A program made the position numbers and the translations under genes. From Hamiltosporidium tvaerminnensis FI-OER-3-3 (Eukaryota; Fungi; Microsporidia): 64,000 nt of DNA. The stretch is from positions 1,302,001 through 1,366,000 of the forward strand of contig JAKIMF020000001.1 in assembly GCA_022605425.2 (NCBI GenBank), written 5' to 3'. Positions within the stretch are counted from its first letter, which is position 1. Each line of letters begins with the position of its first letter. Under the pieces are notes generated by a model. That model saw only the letters and a list, made by a program, of their open reading frames with translations, had not been told where the DNA came from and did not search any database. Positions 61,499-64,000 of the stretch are shown piece by piece.

Positions 61499-62279
61499 GA
61501 ACTCTATATATTTTTTAAAAATCCAAAAGTATAAATATATGTACCAAATATAGGATATACCTGTTTATGTACTCATAACCTATAAAAAATATAAGAAATA
61601 AACTCAAAAAATTTTAATTCAAAGACAATTGTATTTTTTAGGTTCTACAAAACTAGCTAGTTTATTTATATTATAAAACCAATTAAACTAAGAGTTACAC
61701 CTTATTACGACACTTCAAAGCTAAGGGTGATAATAAGGAGATCAATACATTAGGAGGAAGACTAGTTTGTAAGTTTAGCCTCGATTTGCCGGCATATAAA
61801 TTCATAAAAGCCAATAAAAATCTTTTGAGCTAAGAATTTTAATTAGAGAGATATAGGAATAAACCAGAATCGGTAAAAGCGTATATAATTGAATTAATGT
61901 TTATTTAAGCGTATTGAATGAGTGAGACTTTACAGTATAAACCAAAATTCTTTAATTTGCATTAAGATAAACTCAAATATAAACTTAACTTAATATGTGG
62001 CATAAAAACATATTTTAAATGTGTAAAGTTGAGTTAAAAATATATAAATAGGTTCAGCTCCGTAAATCTCTTAAATAACTGAGTCAGAAAGTGTTTCCAT
62101 TCCGTGCATTCATACAAATTTAAAAATAATTGTATATTTAATTTTTGCTCTTGGAATGAAAAAAGTCATAATAATTAAATTTGCATCTTTAGAAGATCGA
62201 GAGTTATTGCATTTTCTCGTTTTAAATCAACGTTAGAAGCAGTATAAATTATTACTAAATTTGAGAACTTTTATGTGCA

Positions 62280-63480
62280 GATATCTTCACATACAAAAAT
62301 AAAGGATAATATATTAGTATTTAATGTGTATTAGAATTATGCACGCCAAACAAAATAAAAAAGTAAACATATATAAACGAAATATTATATAAAGAGTTTT
62401 ATTTATTAAAAGAGCTTACTCAATATGATTTCCATTTAGATACCTTTTTCAGATCACCTGGTCATGCCATTTCTATTTAACTAAATTAACAGTTTCGGGA
62501 CTATATATAGCCTCGGAACTTTGTTTTGAATGTCATTCTTGTATCTTTTTTGTGTTATATCTTAAACAGAATACTTTATTTGTCTGAAATAAAAATTTCA
62601 TTGATTAACATAACTCAGTTCCTGCATGAAATCGATGTAACTTCTATGTTTCGTATGTATTTTGAAAAATTGACATTTGAAATTTCAAGAATAAATCCCT
62701 CAATATTTTTTTTCTATCGGTAAGATTTCTGTCAAGATCTGAAATCATATTTTTACTCTTAATTTCACTTTGCAGCAGAGGTTATTGAATAAAAGATTTG
62801 AAGCATCTTTTAACCCGGTTGTTTAAATTGATTCCCAAATCTCTTAAATTTTAAATATAACTTACTTCTCCTTTTCCGATCAAATTTAATTAAGGCTTAT
62901 TCTTAATCAGCTTTTGCATGTTTTCAAGAACTTAACTTATATTTCAGATACATCTAAGACATAATTTTCTCGTTAGTTCTCTAGAATTAGAACTTACTCT
63001 AAATAATAAAGTTGTGTCTTTAAAATATCTACTAAATACAGAAAATTTTCTTATGCTATGTTATAATGTTTCTATGCTGACATTTTTTTGCTTAAAATAT
63101 CTTTTAATGTATTAAATTCTTTCGATCTTTTAATATTACTTGTAAATGCTCAGGACAATGTTTATTAGACAGAAGTTTTATGAGAAAAACGTTTTAAATC
63201 GACCTTTAACTTTTATCTACAGATAAATTTCTATAAAGTACATGTCATGCCTACATGATAAGCTCTGGTTTTAAATATTTAGTTAAAAACAAGCCTAAAA
63301 TTATTAACTTCTGTTATTATGCTCTACACCGATCGAAGAATATCTTAGATTATTGCGTAAAATTTTCTACGAAGCCCTGGCTGCAGAGTTCCAAAGAGCT
63401 TCTCATGTCTAATATTTCGCTTCTTTACTACAAAAGAAACATAATCACATTGAATCATAGCTTCGCCAAGTTATAGGCGT
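62280..63480 (-). pseudogene. Probable decayed LRR-family gene
   Basis: The minus strand is coding-like with LRR-type fragments (e.g. YLEISNVNF) interrupted by stops and frameshifts. Confidence 0.35.
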
Positions 63481-64000
63481 TCCAAAGACAATTTTATTTT
63501 GATTGATTAGGCTATAAATCCAATGCAAAGTTTTTTATACGAAAGATAAAGACTGCAACTGGGAAAAGAATCCAGCCCTTCGGATGTAAATTCCGACATC
63601 ATATGACTAGACTAATGGAATTATTAAAAATCATTACTGAAATAAAATTTGAAGAATTCTTCTATTTTAAACATATATTTGTTTAATGTATGAAACAATC
63701 ATTTAAAATACCACAACTATTAGTTACAATTATACTTTACTTTTTTAAACAGAAACGGATTTTTTCTAGCTCCAGATACTTTTATTTTTAAAACCTTTCG
63801 AAAATACCATCGAAATGTTTAAATCAATGAAATTTAATGCAAATTTTTTTTAAAAATCGGTTAATAATCATTTAATGCAAAGCTGTAATATTTTTTTACC
63901 TATTTTTTTTACATTCTTAACTTATCCGAAATTCAATTTATCTGTATAAGTATGGATTGAATACGAAAACTCTTTTTTAAACTAATGCATATAATTTTTA

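Noticed and set aside
1-64000. tRNA or rRNA genes
   Set aside because: No cloverleaf with a T-loop/B-box or rRNA signature was found by eye; a tRNAscan-SE or Infernal run is needed to exclude them.

Overview
Very AT-rich eukaryotic DNA whose gene content and organisation point to a large-genome microsporidian (Hamiltosporidium-like; an inference, not a database hit). The genes are compact and intron-less, have CCC-like motifs just upstream of the ATG, and include a mitosomal-type G3PDH and lineage-type LRR families. Small islands of intact housekeeping genes are present: Exo70-like, MFS transporter, SNARE, septin, calcineurin B, MscS, Sm/LSm, MRD1, FCF1, Hsp104/ClpB with a perfect heat-shock element, TBC RabGAP, FAP7/AK6, GUT2, F-box/LRR and fibrillarin. 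They are separated by long stretches of decayed DNA transposons (piggyBac, a delimitable hAT/Buster element with 8-bp TSDs, a hAT MITE, Tc1/mariner with TIRs), weak retroelement traces, frameshifted LRR pseudogenes and local tandem duplications. The standout unexplained feature is a ~670-nt GC-rich non-coding island at ~6935-7604. It has many intact helices, a 3' pseudoknot abutting an ATG, and a core carrying U1-snRNA-like motifs in U1 order but lacking the canonical ACUUAC end. It is a candidate novel or highly divergent structured RNA. All assignments are by eye; no searches were run.
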